DNA of 63,193 nucleotides, the filler included, from Rhabdomonas costata (Eukaryota): assembly GCA_019059605.1 (NCBI GenBank). It is 48 parts of 48 records of this genome, joined end to end, with 100 filler letters (N's around TTAATTAATTAA, not from the genome) between each part and the next. Parts side by side here need not be neighbours in the genome. Positions count along the whole stretch, not along the records: positions 22,427 to 23,645 come from JAHMHO010023145.1; positions 23,746 to 24,964 come from JAHMHO010023146.1; positions 25,065 to 26,283 come from JAHMHO010023147.1; positions 26,384 to 27,602 come from JAHMHO010023148.1; positions 27,703 to 28,921 come from JAHMHO010023149.1; positions 29,022 to 30,240 come from JAHMHO010023150.1; positions 30,341 to 31,556 come from JAHMHO010023151.1; positions 31,657 to 32,874 come from JAHMHO010023152.1; 40 more parts are not named here. One strand, 5' to 3'. Under the pieces are notes generated by a model. The model ran no database searches and was not told the DNA's origin. It saw only the letters and a list, made by a program, of their open reading frames with translations. Shown here in pieces: positions 23,596 to 35,642 of the stretch. A program made the translations under genes and the position numbers. Position 1 is the first letter of the stretch, and each line of letters begins with the position of its first letter.

Positions 23596-25223
23596 ATAGC
23601 CAAGCACCACTGGGATTGCCGTCTTGATCACTCTCACAAACAACCNNNNNNNNNNNNNNNNNNNNNNNNNNNNNNNNNNNNNNNNNNNNTTAATTAATTA
23701 ANNNNNNNNNNNNNNNNNNNNNNNNNNNNNNNNNNNNNNNNNNNNGGTGTTTTTTGGTCACCATGAGCTGCGATCTACGATTGAGAAGTTAGAGGCCAAA
23801 ACCACCAACGAGGTGAAACGGGTTTTCACCGCAGAAAACTCTACCATAGCAACTCACTCCATCCAAATCCGCCAGTGGGGCACTCGGTGGGGCACTTCTC
23901 GGGGTTGCCATGGACTAAAACTCAGTCAGTCCAGTACTTCTTCTTTGGGTGGTCCCTGTCGCTGCTTTCTCTGGACACGCGTTTATGTCACTCTCCCATC
24001 CTCCCCCCCGATTCTGCTTCTTTTTTGCTGTCTTTTGCTTTGTTTTTTGCTTTGTCTTTTTTTCCGGCTGGAACCTTCTGGCATATTGCGCCCAGTCTTC
24101 GATCTGGCGCCCCACTCCCCTGTAAAGCCGGTTTGCTAGGCACATGTTTGCCTCTGTTGTGTGCATCGTTTTCCCCGTTATTGTGCGCCCTCTCCCGTTG
24201 CCTTCGTGCTGTGCCTGTTATTATGCCGCTGCTCCGCGCCGCGATGCGTGCAATTCTTGCGGGATTTCCGCATGCCCGGTTTCCCTTCCCATCCTTTGCC
24301 CCAGCAATGTGTTCGTCTTCCCGAACTACTCTTTCCCAAAGTGTGTCTCCCGTGCTTTCTCGGTCTATTGCGCCCGATGGCAAAGCGGGTGGGGGAGCGG
24401 TAAGCGTTGCCACTGGTAACAGAAAACTGACTTAAATTATGCCGGCAATTTCCCGGCACTCTCCAATGACTTTATTTTTTTGTAAGGGAGTTAGCTAGGT
24501 GTAACGGTCCTCCTAATGTCAGAAACCGATTCTTCTCCCCCGGCCAAAGATCACCCCTTGCCAGGAATCACATACTCCAACAACAAACACTTTCACCCAC
24601 ATTTCTCCTCAAACGAAATTCCCTTTTGGCCAAATGACCTTTCTGGCCATTCCACTTGACTCTTGCTACTGTCTTTTCCCTGCACAACACTTCTTGTATT
24701 TTTCGTGTTTTTCTTGCTGCTTTTGGTTTCCTTTGGTACCGCTTTTCCACCGCGGACCTTTTGGTCACTTGACCCTACCGGCTTGTTTTGAAATTTGCTA
24801 CCGAAATAGACCAAAACTAAAGGAATCTAATTGGATACCCCCTTTTGCTAGACCAAAAATCCCATCCCCACAAAACTACCGGATTTGACCCCAAAAACGT
24901 AGGCCAATGAATTGTTGTAAATAATTCCCATTCTTTTCATGCACATTTGCTTTCCTTTTCCAACNNNNNNNNNNNNNNNNNNNNNNNNNNNNNNNNNNNN
25001 NNNNNNNNTTAATTAATTAANNNNNNNNNNNNNNNNNNNNNNNNNNNNNNNNNNNNNNNNNNNNGATGTGGTGGGATCTTGGGCCGCTCCCTTGCGCTCC
25101 GTGGCAAGACTTCATGGAATCCCAGGGGACAGGCGCAACGCAATCGAACCCTCCGAAGCTGACCGACCAAACAAACCCTAGGATCTTGGGCCGCTCCGCT
25201 GCGCTCCCTAAGACATAGTGGAA

Positions 25224-25571
25224 TCATCCGCTTCTATCAGTCATAAAAACAGGCGCACCCCGGGAGATACGCACAGTGCTGGCAGTTTGGAAACTCAGAC
25301 TCGCACGATAAGACAGGCAGTATTCAACTTGTCGGAGTTCAGAGCGCAATGAGCAAGGACGACATTTGCAGACCTTGCTCATAGATTCACCCGCCTTGCG
25401 ACAATTCAAGGGCAGGCCCTTCTTAAGGCACAGAAGAGCTCTGCTGGCATAGGAGTGGGTGCAGCCAACTTTTTTAGCCACTTCCATGCACCCAATCTCC
25501 TGGCCATTCCGCTGGGCCTCGTTGTACAGCTCAGCGATAGCCTGCTGCTTCTCTGTCAACGTCGAGGCCAT
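25224..25571 (-). CDS. Small helix-turn-helix protein or transposase N-terminus (3' part uncertain)
   Basis: ATG-initiated MASTLTEKQQAIAELYNEAQRNGQEIGCMEVAKKVGCTHSYASRALLCLKKG fits an HTH pattern (EVAKKVG-helix). A pyrimidine tract with AG lies upstream. Confidence 0.5.
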   Translation of the reverse strand: MASTLTEKQQAIAELYNEAQRNGQEIGCMEVAKKVGCTHSYASRALLCLKKGLPLNCRKAGESMSKVCKCRPCSLRSELRQVEYCLSYRASLSFQTASTVRISRGAPVFMTDRSG

Positions 25572-26603
25572 GCCACAAAAAGCAGATCGAAAGAAGGAGC
25601 AGGGCTGAGAAGGAGAGTATCAGGGAATGCGATGGAGTGGAGTCAGTCGAAGAGAAAAAAGGGATCCGATGCATTCTCTTTTTGACGGGTTGGGGGTATT
25701 TAACGTTGCTAAATGGTTTAACGACGTTAAACGGTGATGCAAAAACCATGCCGGCGTGCTCGGCCAACCGAAACCCTCCTGCTGGTGCGCTGATGCATGC
25801 TGGCCAGACACCCAGCACAACAGGCTCCTCAAATGCGCGGGTCGTGATGGGTCGTGACCATATTAGCGAAGCTTTCAGAAATGAAGACCTTTCGTGGTGA
25901 GAGAAGGGGAAAAGCGTAGCACCGTGGAAAGGTGATGGCATGCTCAGATCTGGAGAAAAGGCAGCAATTAATGTTTGCGGTAGGGGGCACTTACCCTGGA
26001 GGTCCACACAATGCAAAACGATTAACCCCGAAAAGATTTCTCTGCACAGCCACACGCTCCGGCTCCGCCGCGGCCCCAGCACCCCATCCCCAACGTCAAT
26101 AGGGCCGAGAGCAGAGAAATGACAGTGGGATTCGGCCCTTGCCGTGCCACAGGAGATGGCGTTCACGGTGGTGCGGCGTATGGAGCAAGAAGGCCAGCCC
26201 AGAGGCAGCAGCTTCGCTAACAGTCCGTTTCCTCCCCATCGTGCGCTGACAAGGGCATGGAGCGCCACACAACCCCCCAAACANNNNNNNNNNNNNNNNN
26301 NNNNNNNNNNNNNNNNNNNNNNNNNNNTTAATTAATTAANNNNNNNNNNNNNNNNNNNNNNNNNNNNNNNNNNNNNNNNNNNNTTGTTTGGTGGGCGCTA
26401 GCACACGACCAGTCTTTCTTCTTTGGGGGCCCCAGGCACACATACACAATACTTGCATCGGCAAAATGTTCTCACTACCTCGAAGCACAGACCACGGCGG
26501 AAATGGTACAGGCACGTGTCCTCACAGGGGGCGCAAGGGGCAGGACACAGCAAAAGTACTCACGAATACGCCTGCCGTGAGGGAAGGCAAACGCACGCTT
26601 AAC

Positions 26604-27602
26604 CTCCGTGTAAGAGCTGTACTGATCTCCACCAATCACCCATAGCTGACCCCGGTGCACCGCCATCTTGAAGCCGTAGCGGCCTCCCGAGAAAAAGGCG
26701 GCGGAGGTGGCCAGGGCCCAGCTGCTGCTGCCCTGTGTCGGGTCAAGGCTGAAGTACACATCGTTCAAAAGACCGACGCTAGTGATGGTGTCGAGAAGCT
26801 CAATGTTGGGGTTCTCGTTCTTCGGCAAGTCGAATCCAGCGATGACCCAGAGCCTGCCCAGGAAGGGCATCACCCCAGGGCCAACTCTGGCCGGGAAGTC
26901 CCCGGAGCCGTGGAACGTCCAAGTGGCACCCGTGGGGTCCGCAGTGGAATATACCTGAGGGCAATACGCAGACAGTGCACTGTGCTTCGCCTTTGCCATG
27001 CTGGTCCCACGGTTGCAGAAGCAGAAATTTTTTAAGCCTAACTAACTTCCGCCGCATCCCTTGGGCCGCACCTGGAGCAGAATACACGGGTATCTTGACC
27101 ACCCCACGATCTTGTGTAGTAGCAAAGAGATCAAACCTGGACGCACTGTCGGTCGTCCTCCCCGATGCCGGAGGTAATGCGGACCCGTATCACGTCCTCC
27201 GCACTGCCAAGTAAGACAGCGACTCACCCCTTATAAGAGAAGGACCAAACAGTCAATCTACGCGCGGTGCTCCAGAAGCTATTGAAAAACCTCTGATGCA
27301 CGACTTCCGTGCAAAAACCGAATCAAGCATCTTGGCACGCAAGCCAGCAGCACATACCTAGTCGTACAGACCCCCCCCCTAAAAAAAGAGCCACGTTACC
27401 CTGACCCTCAGCTTTCGCCAAAAATTGCCGCTCATTTTCTTCCGATGCTGTGACGGATCTCTTTGGCAAACAGCTACGGCGGAAAGTGTTCTGTAGGGTA
27501 GGGCCTTTCTCGGGCACACACGCATTTTCGCAGCACGTAAAACGGCTACCTCGCTGACAGCGTCGGCCTCGGTGTGGCCCCCGACCACATACGCGCGCGA
27601 CC
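26604..27602 (-). CDS. Kelch-like beta-propeller protein (exons contig end-27550 and 26954-26604)
   Basis: A phase-0 GT-AG intron at 27549-26955 gives RAYVVGGHTEADAVSE|VYSTADPTGATW...RLWVIAG...LNDVYFSLDP...W...GRYGFKMAVHRGQLWVIGG, with repeated hhhhGG...W kelch blades. Confidence 0.85.
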
Positions 27603-28080
27603 NNNNNNNNNNNNNNNNNNNNNNNNNNNNNNNNNNNNNNNNNNNNTTAATTAATTAANNNNNNNNNNNNNNNNNNNNNNNNNNNNNNNNNNNNNNNNNN
27701 NNGTTGTGGGGGGCTCTTCCACGGGTATCTCGTTGCTCAAGGGAGCAAAGGGAGTTCAAATCTCATCTTTGGCTTTCTTCTGCGAATGAATTTATGGTGT
27801 CACCTTTCAGTAGCTGCGGTTGGTCGCCAGAATAATCTTGATTTACTTTGAATCTGAAGATCACTTTCATCCCCTCCCCGTGTTTATTGGTGCTTGCTCG
27901 TTTCCCTGGCACTCTTCCCTTGTGTGCTTTGTTGCTGGGGACTCGTTTTATACCTGAGGATTATGTTTTCATGCGTCTTTTTGTCATGTGAGTTCTCTGA
28001 TTTCTCCCTCAAGCGCGGACGCAAGGTTAACGAGGGACATCACCAGCGAAAAAAAACTGCATCGGCTTTCTTTTGCACAG

Positions 28081-28533
28081 GATTGGATTCCTTCGCGGTG
28101 GTCGTTGATAGTTCCAGTGCAGTGGAACAGGCTCGTGCTGTGGTGGAGCAAATTCGGCTGCGCGAATTTGGGATTGGGCTACCTGACCTTGGGGAGAGCG
28201 GCAATGCCGTTCTGCAGGGTCAGAACCAGCGGGCATGGCCCTTTTTATTTTGCACCTGTTCTAATTTCTGTAAAGGGCGGCATTCCTGGTGAATCCCCGT
28301 TGTTTGGTTGTTCGCTTAAGATTTTCTTCTGAGTTCTTGGGAAGTCGGCTAGAAGACGTACCATGCTTTCACTGCGCGTTGCCTCCCGAACAGAGAATAT
28401 GAATTGACAGCCCCCGCCCTTCCTTTCTCGCAGATCGGGCGTGCGCTCCAGCGCCTGGCCTCCGAACTGTACACCACGGACACTCACTTTGTGCTGGAGC
28501 TTGTGCAGAACGCCGATGACAACTCCTATTCAG
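28081..28533 (+). CDS. NO VEIN/sacsin-like GHKL ATPase protein (exons 28081-28232 and 28434-28533)
   Basis: ARAVVEQIRLREFGIG...LQGQNQR|IGRALQRLASELYTTDTHFVLELVQNADDNSY contains the NOV/sacsin signature LYxxDxHFxLELxQNADD. The join requires a GC-AG intron at 28233-28433. Confidence 0.88.
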
Positions 28534-28841
28534 GTTTGAGAGCACTGCGACCTTGGCGCTGAAGTCTCCTTAGGTCATCATCACCCATCAGCAAATGCAC
28601 AGCACAGACTCGGGGGAGCAAATTTTGGGGCACTAAATGCATGACGCGCCGTGTGCATTGTGGCTTGGAACCATCAACTGGAGTGCACGGGAAGTTGCTT
28701 GCTAGGTCTTGTTGCTGTCAGGGCCGACTCGTCTTGTAATCACATAAGTCGCATTCACGGTCTGCTTTGCAACGTAGCTCTTCTCTGATTGGCGTCCCTC
28801 AGCTTGCGTTTAGGTTCGTGTCGTGTGGTCTTCTGAGGGAA

Positions 28842-28873
<32 letters not shown>

Positions 28874-29024
28874 TGTGAAACACACACACCCACATTCCCT
28901 CAGAAGACCACACAACACAACNNNNNNNNNNNNNNNNNNNNNNNNNNNNNNNNNNNNNNNNNNNNTTAATTAATTAANNNNNNNNNNNNNNNNNNNNNNN
29001 NNNNNNNNNNNNNNNNNNNNNTTG

Positions 29025-29862
29025 TTGGGAGGAGCTCCCTCAAGCTCAGCTCACGGGAGCTCCTCCCCACGACCACAATGTACTCCCCCGCTGGGGCCAC
29101 CCATGCCCCACGGCTGGTGCTGAACCTTGAGAAGCTGCGCGGGTGAAGCTCCAAAGCAACCTCCACGCTGCCCCCAAGGGGGACCCACACCTTTGTTTAT
29201 GACCCAAGAATTATTTTCCATGTTGTGAAAAAGATGAAAGTGGAAACGACGACGAGACAGATCGATGGAGGTGGCACCATGTCGGGTGGTGACAATAGTC
29301 GCCAAAACAAAACGCAGCAAACGTTACGGCAAGTCTGAATGGTGGGTAGTGGATTGCACGCCACGATTTAGCTACGCGGGCGCCACAATGTCAAAGGTTG
29401 AGACAACAGCCTAAGCTCACGTCTACCTCTCCACTTTCACGCCCTCCAACGCGCCTGCAAGCCCTCCCAGTGTTAAGGTTCGGTTACCCCGTTAAGTTTC
29501 GGCGGTCACAAAAACGCAAAGTGGCAAAGTGAACCCGTTTTGAATAAGAAATCATGAATTCATGAATTATTGCAGAAGAAAATTTGCAGTAAGTAAGAAA
29601 AAAAAGTGCAGTAGGGCTGTATGCCTTTGACAGCCCACGCAGCTCCCGCACCGCCCGAATCCCGTCCTCGTCCTTGCCAGGTGGTGGCTCCACATAGACC
29701 TGGACCACCTCATGGCCCGCCAAGGGGCCCTGGTTGATGACCATCAGCCGGGCCACGCAGGCCGCAGTGGAGCTCTGGGGCGGGCTCAAGGTCAGCCCGT
29801 GAAGCTCAAAGGTGGTGTAGGACAGCCCAAACCCGAACGGGAACAGCGGCTCGATATTCATC
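29025..29862 (-). CDS. GH3 beta-glucosidase C-terminus with Fn3-like domain (exons 29862-29625 and 29190-contig end)
   Basis: EPLFPFGFGLSYTTF...NQGPLAGHEVVQVYV...RAVRELRGLSK|VWVPLGGSVEVALEL...WVAPAGEYIVVVGRSSR. The join requires a GC-AG intron at 29624-29191. Confidence 0.95.
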
Positions 29863-30350
29863 CTGAAAACAGATTACCGAGTAGATATGGTGCAGACGTG
29901 CATGAGAACCGTCCCGATCATTTTGGACTCGTAAATTAGCGAAAGAAGGGACAAGGCAAGGGCACCGTTCCAGAGCATCGAGAGAAAATGGAGGGCATTG
30001 CTCAAAGCGACCAAAATAACTCATATTCAAAAAATGTTTACCCCCCCCCCATTCTCTTCTGACCTTCCCTGTTTCTTCTTTCTTTTTTTTGCGCACGGAA
30101 AGCGATCGCCCATTCCATGTCCGCGTCCGCGGGCCGGTGAATACTGGATGGTGGGGTTTATACGAACTCGAGCTAAGTGCAGTCAAGAAAACGAAGTCGG
30201 CTTTAGAGCACTTAGCTCGAGTTCGTATAAACAACACCACNNNNNNNNNNNNNNNNNNNNNNNNNNNNNNNNNNNNNNNNNNNNTTAATTAATTAANNNN
30301 NNNNNNNNNNNNNNNNNNNNNNNNNNNNNNNNNNNNNNNNGTTCCTCCAG

Positions 30351-30518
30351 GCGGTGCCCTTGGCCCAAGGGGAGGCCAGTGTGGCCTTACTGTTGTTTGT
30401 TGGGGAGGCGGACCACAAGCAGTACCCCTGCGAGAAGGCCGGCATCTGCTACCGCATCAGCGCCTTCACCAAGTGGCTGGTGGACAACGTGACTGCGGAC
30501 GAGGAGCTCTCTGTATGA
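30351..30518 (+). CDS. Terminal exon of an unknown protein
   Basis: A CAG acceptor precedes a GC3-rich frame ending in TGA: AVPLAQGEASVALLLFVGEADHKQYPCEKAGICYRISAFTKWLVDNVTADEELSV*. Confidence 0.55.
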   Translation, partial: AVPLAQGEASVALLLFVGEADHKQYPCEKAGICYRISAFTKWLVDNVTADEELSV

Positions 30519-33500
30519 CTGCAGCACAAGGAGCCCCATGGGCTCGCCTAGCGTCGTTGAGCTCGTGGGTCCCGGGCAACCTTAGCACCTAGCTCTGGTG
30601 GCCCAAAGATGGGACCCTGGGCGGCAAGGCCCTAAAGACAGAGTGTTGGTGTTGCATTCTTACTGTGCGCCCGGCGTAGATTCGATGCTCCAGTCCGGAT
30701 GCCGGGGCAAAAGAGAAAGAAAAAAGAAAGTCAATTCCACAGCCGGAGGTCCAGAGGGCACATCGCTTCTGGAGAGCCTCTTGTTGAGCCATGAGGGTGC
30801 CAACTCAAAAGCGATCAAGGTCCTGGGACCAGCAGCTGCCCTACAATCAGCCCTGCTGACCCTGCTGTCTGCCGCTTGTTATTCTCAAAATGGACTGACC
30901 CAAGCCACTGAATCAAGCCACATGATTGAGCTGGAGAGGGATGCTGCAGGTGGGTTTTATGAAAAGATTGCCAACAAGCACACGCGTTTGTGCCCGATTG
31001 AATGGTGCAAAACAAAAGAAGGCAAGGACAGCAGAGAAACCCCGCCTGTGCGTGTACCAGATGCCCCCCATCAATAATGGTTTGTAGTGTTTGATACGCA
31101 AAGAGATTACAGTAATTGATAGCAGCAAACAATAAGAGGTTCGTCGCGTCGTTAATGACTCATCCTTTTTTTTTTACCACGCGGCTTTTGTAAGGATGGA
31201 TGAATAAAGAGCTGAATTTTTGATTTTATTTGTGTGGTGTGTTCAAGAGGAGTCCAAAACGATCGAGTGGTGAATCAATCCAGAGTGAATCACCCCCACC
31301 CCCGTCAAATTCAAATTCAATTTGGTATTTGGGAGTTCAAAATGAGAACTGGTAATTCAATTGGGTTTTTGGAGGGGGAGGGGGGGCGACTGCCTTGGGG
31401 TGAACATTAACAGTACTGAGCTTCAGCTTCTCTGGGTTTTGGAGGTGGTACTGGTGGGTACTGGAAGTTTCGTGCAGTTCCAACAACCCAAAGGCCTGCC
31501 GACTGAAGGGCGCCCGTCTGCTGCTTTTTGGAGACCCTGTCGATTCCCAAAAAAAANNNNNNNNNNNNNNNNNNNNNNNNNNNNNNNNNNNNNNNNNNNN
31601 TTAATTAATTAANNNNNNNNNNNNNNNNNNNNNNNNNNNNNNNNNNNNNNNNNNNNTGCATTTTTTCCAAGAAGGGGGTTGGGTTGGAGGGCGGGGGGTG
31701 AGTTGGCGGTGTTGTGATTGTGAACGAGAAACTTTCAGGCAGCCACGACACCACAGATGGATGAATGCATGTGAAAGTGGTTGCTGCCACAGCAGACTTG
31801 AAAGCCGGACCCGGAAATGGCAAACGGTCGTCATTAGAGCCCTCCCCTCGCAAGGCATCGTCCCAACTCATGCTTCCGCTCGGGCCGGAAGGAACATCTC
31901 GCATCAGATCTCGTCTCCGGCCGTTGGTGGTGAACCCTCTCTAATGTGATGAATACACAAAACAAACGGATCTTTTATAATCGGGGGAGGTTGAGACCCT
32001 AAACGGATTCACCGTAGTCCCCTAGCTCTTGATTTGGAACAGGTTGCCAATTGTGGTGACCTTGAGAGGTTTACCAATACTCATTCTGCATATGCGTCGC
32101 TTCTGAGCGTCCTGGAGGTTTGGGTATTCATTCTTACTACTATCACAGCTTTGTACCCCCCCCCCTAATTCGCTCACAAATTAGCCCCGCGCAGGCTTAT
32201 TACAGACCTCATAGACATTCACGTAGTCCCTCTCGTACAGCAGGTCTAGCTCTGAGAGTGGAGCGAACACGACGGCAGCAAACCAAATTCCTCAAGGGCT
32301 ACGTGACACCACAGGGTATCATTGAGGCTGGTAGCAATATGACTTTCAGGGTGGGAGCGCAGGCGACAAGGTGACATGACGTCTTTGACCACTTTCCAGT
32401 TCTTGTAAGCGGACGGGCACAGAAACCAGACCGGAAAAATCACGCTTTGTCGTGTGCATGTTTTTTGTTTCGGTGAGGACGTACCTTATTTTTTTCACTT
32501 CGGTTCCTGCCTCCCGTGGGCACTTGAGCGAGACGATATGCTAGCAACCACAGAAAATCAGCGAGCCACAGCCACCCGATTCATGTTAGAAGACGCTGAT
32601 CACCTTCCTGTTCATTGATTTTCATTTAATCAGCGGCAGATCTACGGAGGACAAGAAACAAGGAAGGCGGAAACATACCCCCAATGCTGTACTCGCGGTG
32701 AAGGGTTACGGACACGGGCTGAGCGAAGACCACCTGCTGGCCGTAATACTCCGCTGAGGAGAATGTCGACGTAAAGGTTCTGCGAAACGAAAGTGACCAA
32801 CCACATGACCTAAGCTGCCCAGCACACTGAGCAACACACACACAGTTTGTGCACTTGGCCAGGGTGACCCCTCANNNNNNNNNNNNNNNNNNNNNNNNNN
32901 NNNNNNNNNNNNNNNNNNTTAATTAATTAANNNNNNNNNNNNNNNNNNNNNNNNNNNNNNNNNNNNNNNNNNNNAACAGAACTCTTTTTGCCCTGTAATT
33001 ATGCCGCTGGTTCCGAAAAAGTGTGCACTGTGCCTTTTTTTTTGCACGGATTATCCGATTTCTTAGTTTTCGATGTTGCCTGCAATATGCATCCTCCGCT
33101 GCTGACCTCCATACCTGCACCAGTTCTCAACGAGTTACCTCCCTAAATTGGGGGGGAGGAGGAGGACCAGTACGAATTCTTCGGTCGAAAAGTTTATGCT
33201 TCTTCGCATGCCTGTGCTCGTTGGTGCGGGTGTTCGATTCCCTGTCTCTCTTCTTGGGTCTGGGGTGTCTCCGCCTTCTTGTTCAGGAAGAGGCTCACGT
33301 GCGAACCGGGTGCAGTGATTTGGCGAAGCAGCTCTGGGACGAGGAGACGGTAGCCGCTAGCTTCACTGGGCCCGCCACCAAGGCCGACGAGGATGACAGG
33401 AAGGCCTTTGACCTTCCGAAAAAGTCTTGTTTGCCTGCGCTCGACCGTTCCCGTCATCTGTGTTAGCGTTCGGTTCTCACCGAGAAGGTCTGCGCTGCTG

Positions 33501-34481
33501 CCTGTGCTTGGGTGTGCTTGCATGGGGCGTCTGGACTCTGCATCTTGTGTATGAGGACCTTTGGGGCGTGTCTCTCATGTTATTTCTGCATGCTCCTTTC
33601 ATGCGAAACGACACTTGGAGCAAAGCGCCTCACTTGCGCCTGGTGAACCTGGCTTATTTGGTAAGGGGCGCCCGGCTTTCACTGCCCCCCTAGTCCCAGC
33701 ACTACTGGGTTGCTTTGGTTCAGAATTTATCCCGTTCCGGTCCTCCTTTTAGCCAGCACTCAGACGATGCGCTGCGGCCTCCCTCTCTCCTGTTCTCAGC
33801 CAGGCGCTGGAGACTAAAGGGTTAACAATTCCACTGACGTCGATGGAGGCGGAGCGTACACTGACCTCCTCTCCCGCCGAGAAGATGGCCACGCGGCAGC
33901 AGCCGACGCAGACAGTGCGACAGGTGGGGTTGCCGTCTTCTCGGGAGATGCGAATAGCATCGCCGTGATATGGCCCGCGACATGTCAAAAGTGAGAATTA
34001 CAGCCCAAACGATAGTTTTGCAAAAACTGACCGTGGAACCGTAACGCGAGATGTGATGACATCATAAGACCATTTTAATTTCGGAAGATGGCTGAATAAT
34101 TCCTGAATAACCAGGTAAAGTCGCACGCCATGAGAGAAAACCATTATATCGCCTTTTCAGTGCGCTGCAAAGATACCTGCTCCCAAGAACCCNNNNNNNN
34201 NNNNNNNNNNNNNNNNNNNNNNNNNNNNNNNNNNNNTTAATTAATTAANNNNNNNNNNNNNNNNNNNNNNNNNNNNNNNNNNNNNNNNNNNNGGTTGTGT
34301 GTTCTGAAAGTCCATGTAATTTCAGAACACAACTTGAAACAAAAACACATCCACATTAAATTTGAAAGGGATTTCCACGAGGTAGCTTAAGTGAGGGCAG
34401 CTTCCAGTGAGGACATGCCTCCCAGAACGCCCACTTGACCAATTGAGTGCTTCGTTGGGTTTGTGCATGCCAATTCCACAC

Positions 34482-35337
34482 CTGCTGGAAGACAGGGGAA
34501 GTTGTCCGTTCGCTGGCCGTGACTGTCCCCGTCGGATCAACTTCCAGCTCGGAAACGTACGCCTGAAGAAAGCCATTTGTATGCAGCCATCAATCGCTGC
34601 TACGGATGTAAAGGGGATGCGCAAAAGCTATCTCACGGAACCCTCTGAATCAGGAGACACGAGAAATCATTCGAAAAATCTCAACAATGACGTGGATGTC
34701 GGTGCCAAACTAATTTTCACTTAAAAGCATAACTTCCAATCAATCCAATCATAACGGAAAAGAAAGAAAACAGGACCAGATGTGGGAGATGAGAACTTGA
34801 CATTCACTTTACTCACTTCCAGATAATCTCTCTCTTTCCTCGGCGCCGCTGCCAAACGCCACCTGCGGATGGATCTTCCCCACGAATTCGTTGTAATCGA
34901 TGACCCCGTCTCCATTGACATCAAGATAGCTGCAACCCAAACAAAGGTTAGGCAGGACAAGACAGGGCCAGGGGGCTGCACCAATTCGTGAGATGACCAC
35001 ACCAGTGCACTGGCACACAGCTGCAGTCGTATTTCACCCGCTCTTAATTTTGCGCCTCTAAGACCCCCCAAGGCGGGAGACAATCCCAAATCGAGGTCAC
35101 CTGTGATGCCGGCACAGACGCAAGCTCCTGAAAAAGCTGGCACTTTATTTGAGAGAAGGGCAAGCAAAAAGAGAGGCAATGGTGAACGCTGTATCACTCT
35201 AGCATCTCACTCACGACTGAGAAAGGGAACATGGGACCGCCCGCGAAGACCTGATCAGCGCCGCAAGCTCTCCCGGAGTCATGGGGAAGTCCAGCTCCTT
35301 GCAGACCGCCCCCAGCTCACTCAGGCAGATCACCCCA
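34482..35337 (-). CDS. EF-hand pair calcium-binding protein (exons 35337-35251, 34929-34863, 34562-34482)
   Basis: Two in-frame GT-AG introns give GVICLSELGAVCKELDFPMTPGELAALIS|YLDVNGDGVIDYNEFVGKIHPQ|AYVSELEVDP..., with a canonical DxNGDGxIDYxEF loop. Confidence 0.88.
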
Positions 35338-35611
35338 CTGATGAGCGCACATACATATGCGCACCATTTCAACAAGTCCCCTCTCCTCGAAATCGGGACA
35401 CCTGCTCCCAGAATTTATGGTATAACCTCATAAACACAACCTCATGACCACATAGGCGCGCATTTTCGTGGGAGACGTCGACTGCTCCCCTCACCCACCC
35501 AACCCAACAACNNNNNNNNNNNNNNNNNNNNNNNNNNNNNNNNNNNNNNNNNNNNTTAATTAATTAANNNNNNNNNNNNNNNNNNNNNNNNNNNNNNNNN
35601 NNNNNNNNNNN

Positions 35612-35637
<26 letters not shown>
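35612..35637 (+). repeat. (GA)n microsatellite at contig start
   Basis: Visible directly in the sequence. Confidence 0.9.

Positions 35638-35642
<5 letters not shown>

Noticed and set aside
23514..23636. Long near-perfect inverted repeats resembling MITEs, hairpin telomeres or ncRNA stems (3753-3853, 5291-5501, 7710-7805, 23514-23636, 28823-28913, 30156-30232, 47254-47371, 59347-59491, 61816-61868)
   Set aside because: All nine abut a contig end and its primer-like tail. The one at 23514 replaces sequence that continues normally (IDWKRRSVKV) in the second retroelement copy, and the one at 61816 truncates a RING exon. They are best explained as self-priming fold-back chimeras.
15896..29624. 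Euglenid non-conventional (stem-forming, non GT-AG) introns
   Set aside because: I checked the three non-GT introns for end-pairing and the CAG...CTG signature and found neither. They read simply as GC-AG. Such introns could still be hidden in contigs where I could not anchor exons.
33287..33923. Further probable exons (EEAHVRTG...DEDDRK and ALETKGL...TVRQ) joined by a possible fourth GC-AG intron
   Set aside because: The join is frame-compatible, but no recognisable domain anchors it, so it was not counted.
34053..34106. Possible box C/D snoRNA (GTGATGA...CTGA)
   Set aside because: It is short, has no terminal stem, and I could not match a guide to rRNA. Such motif pairs are expected by chance.
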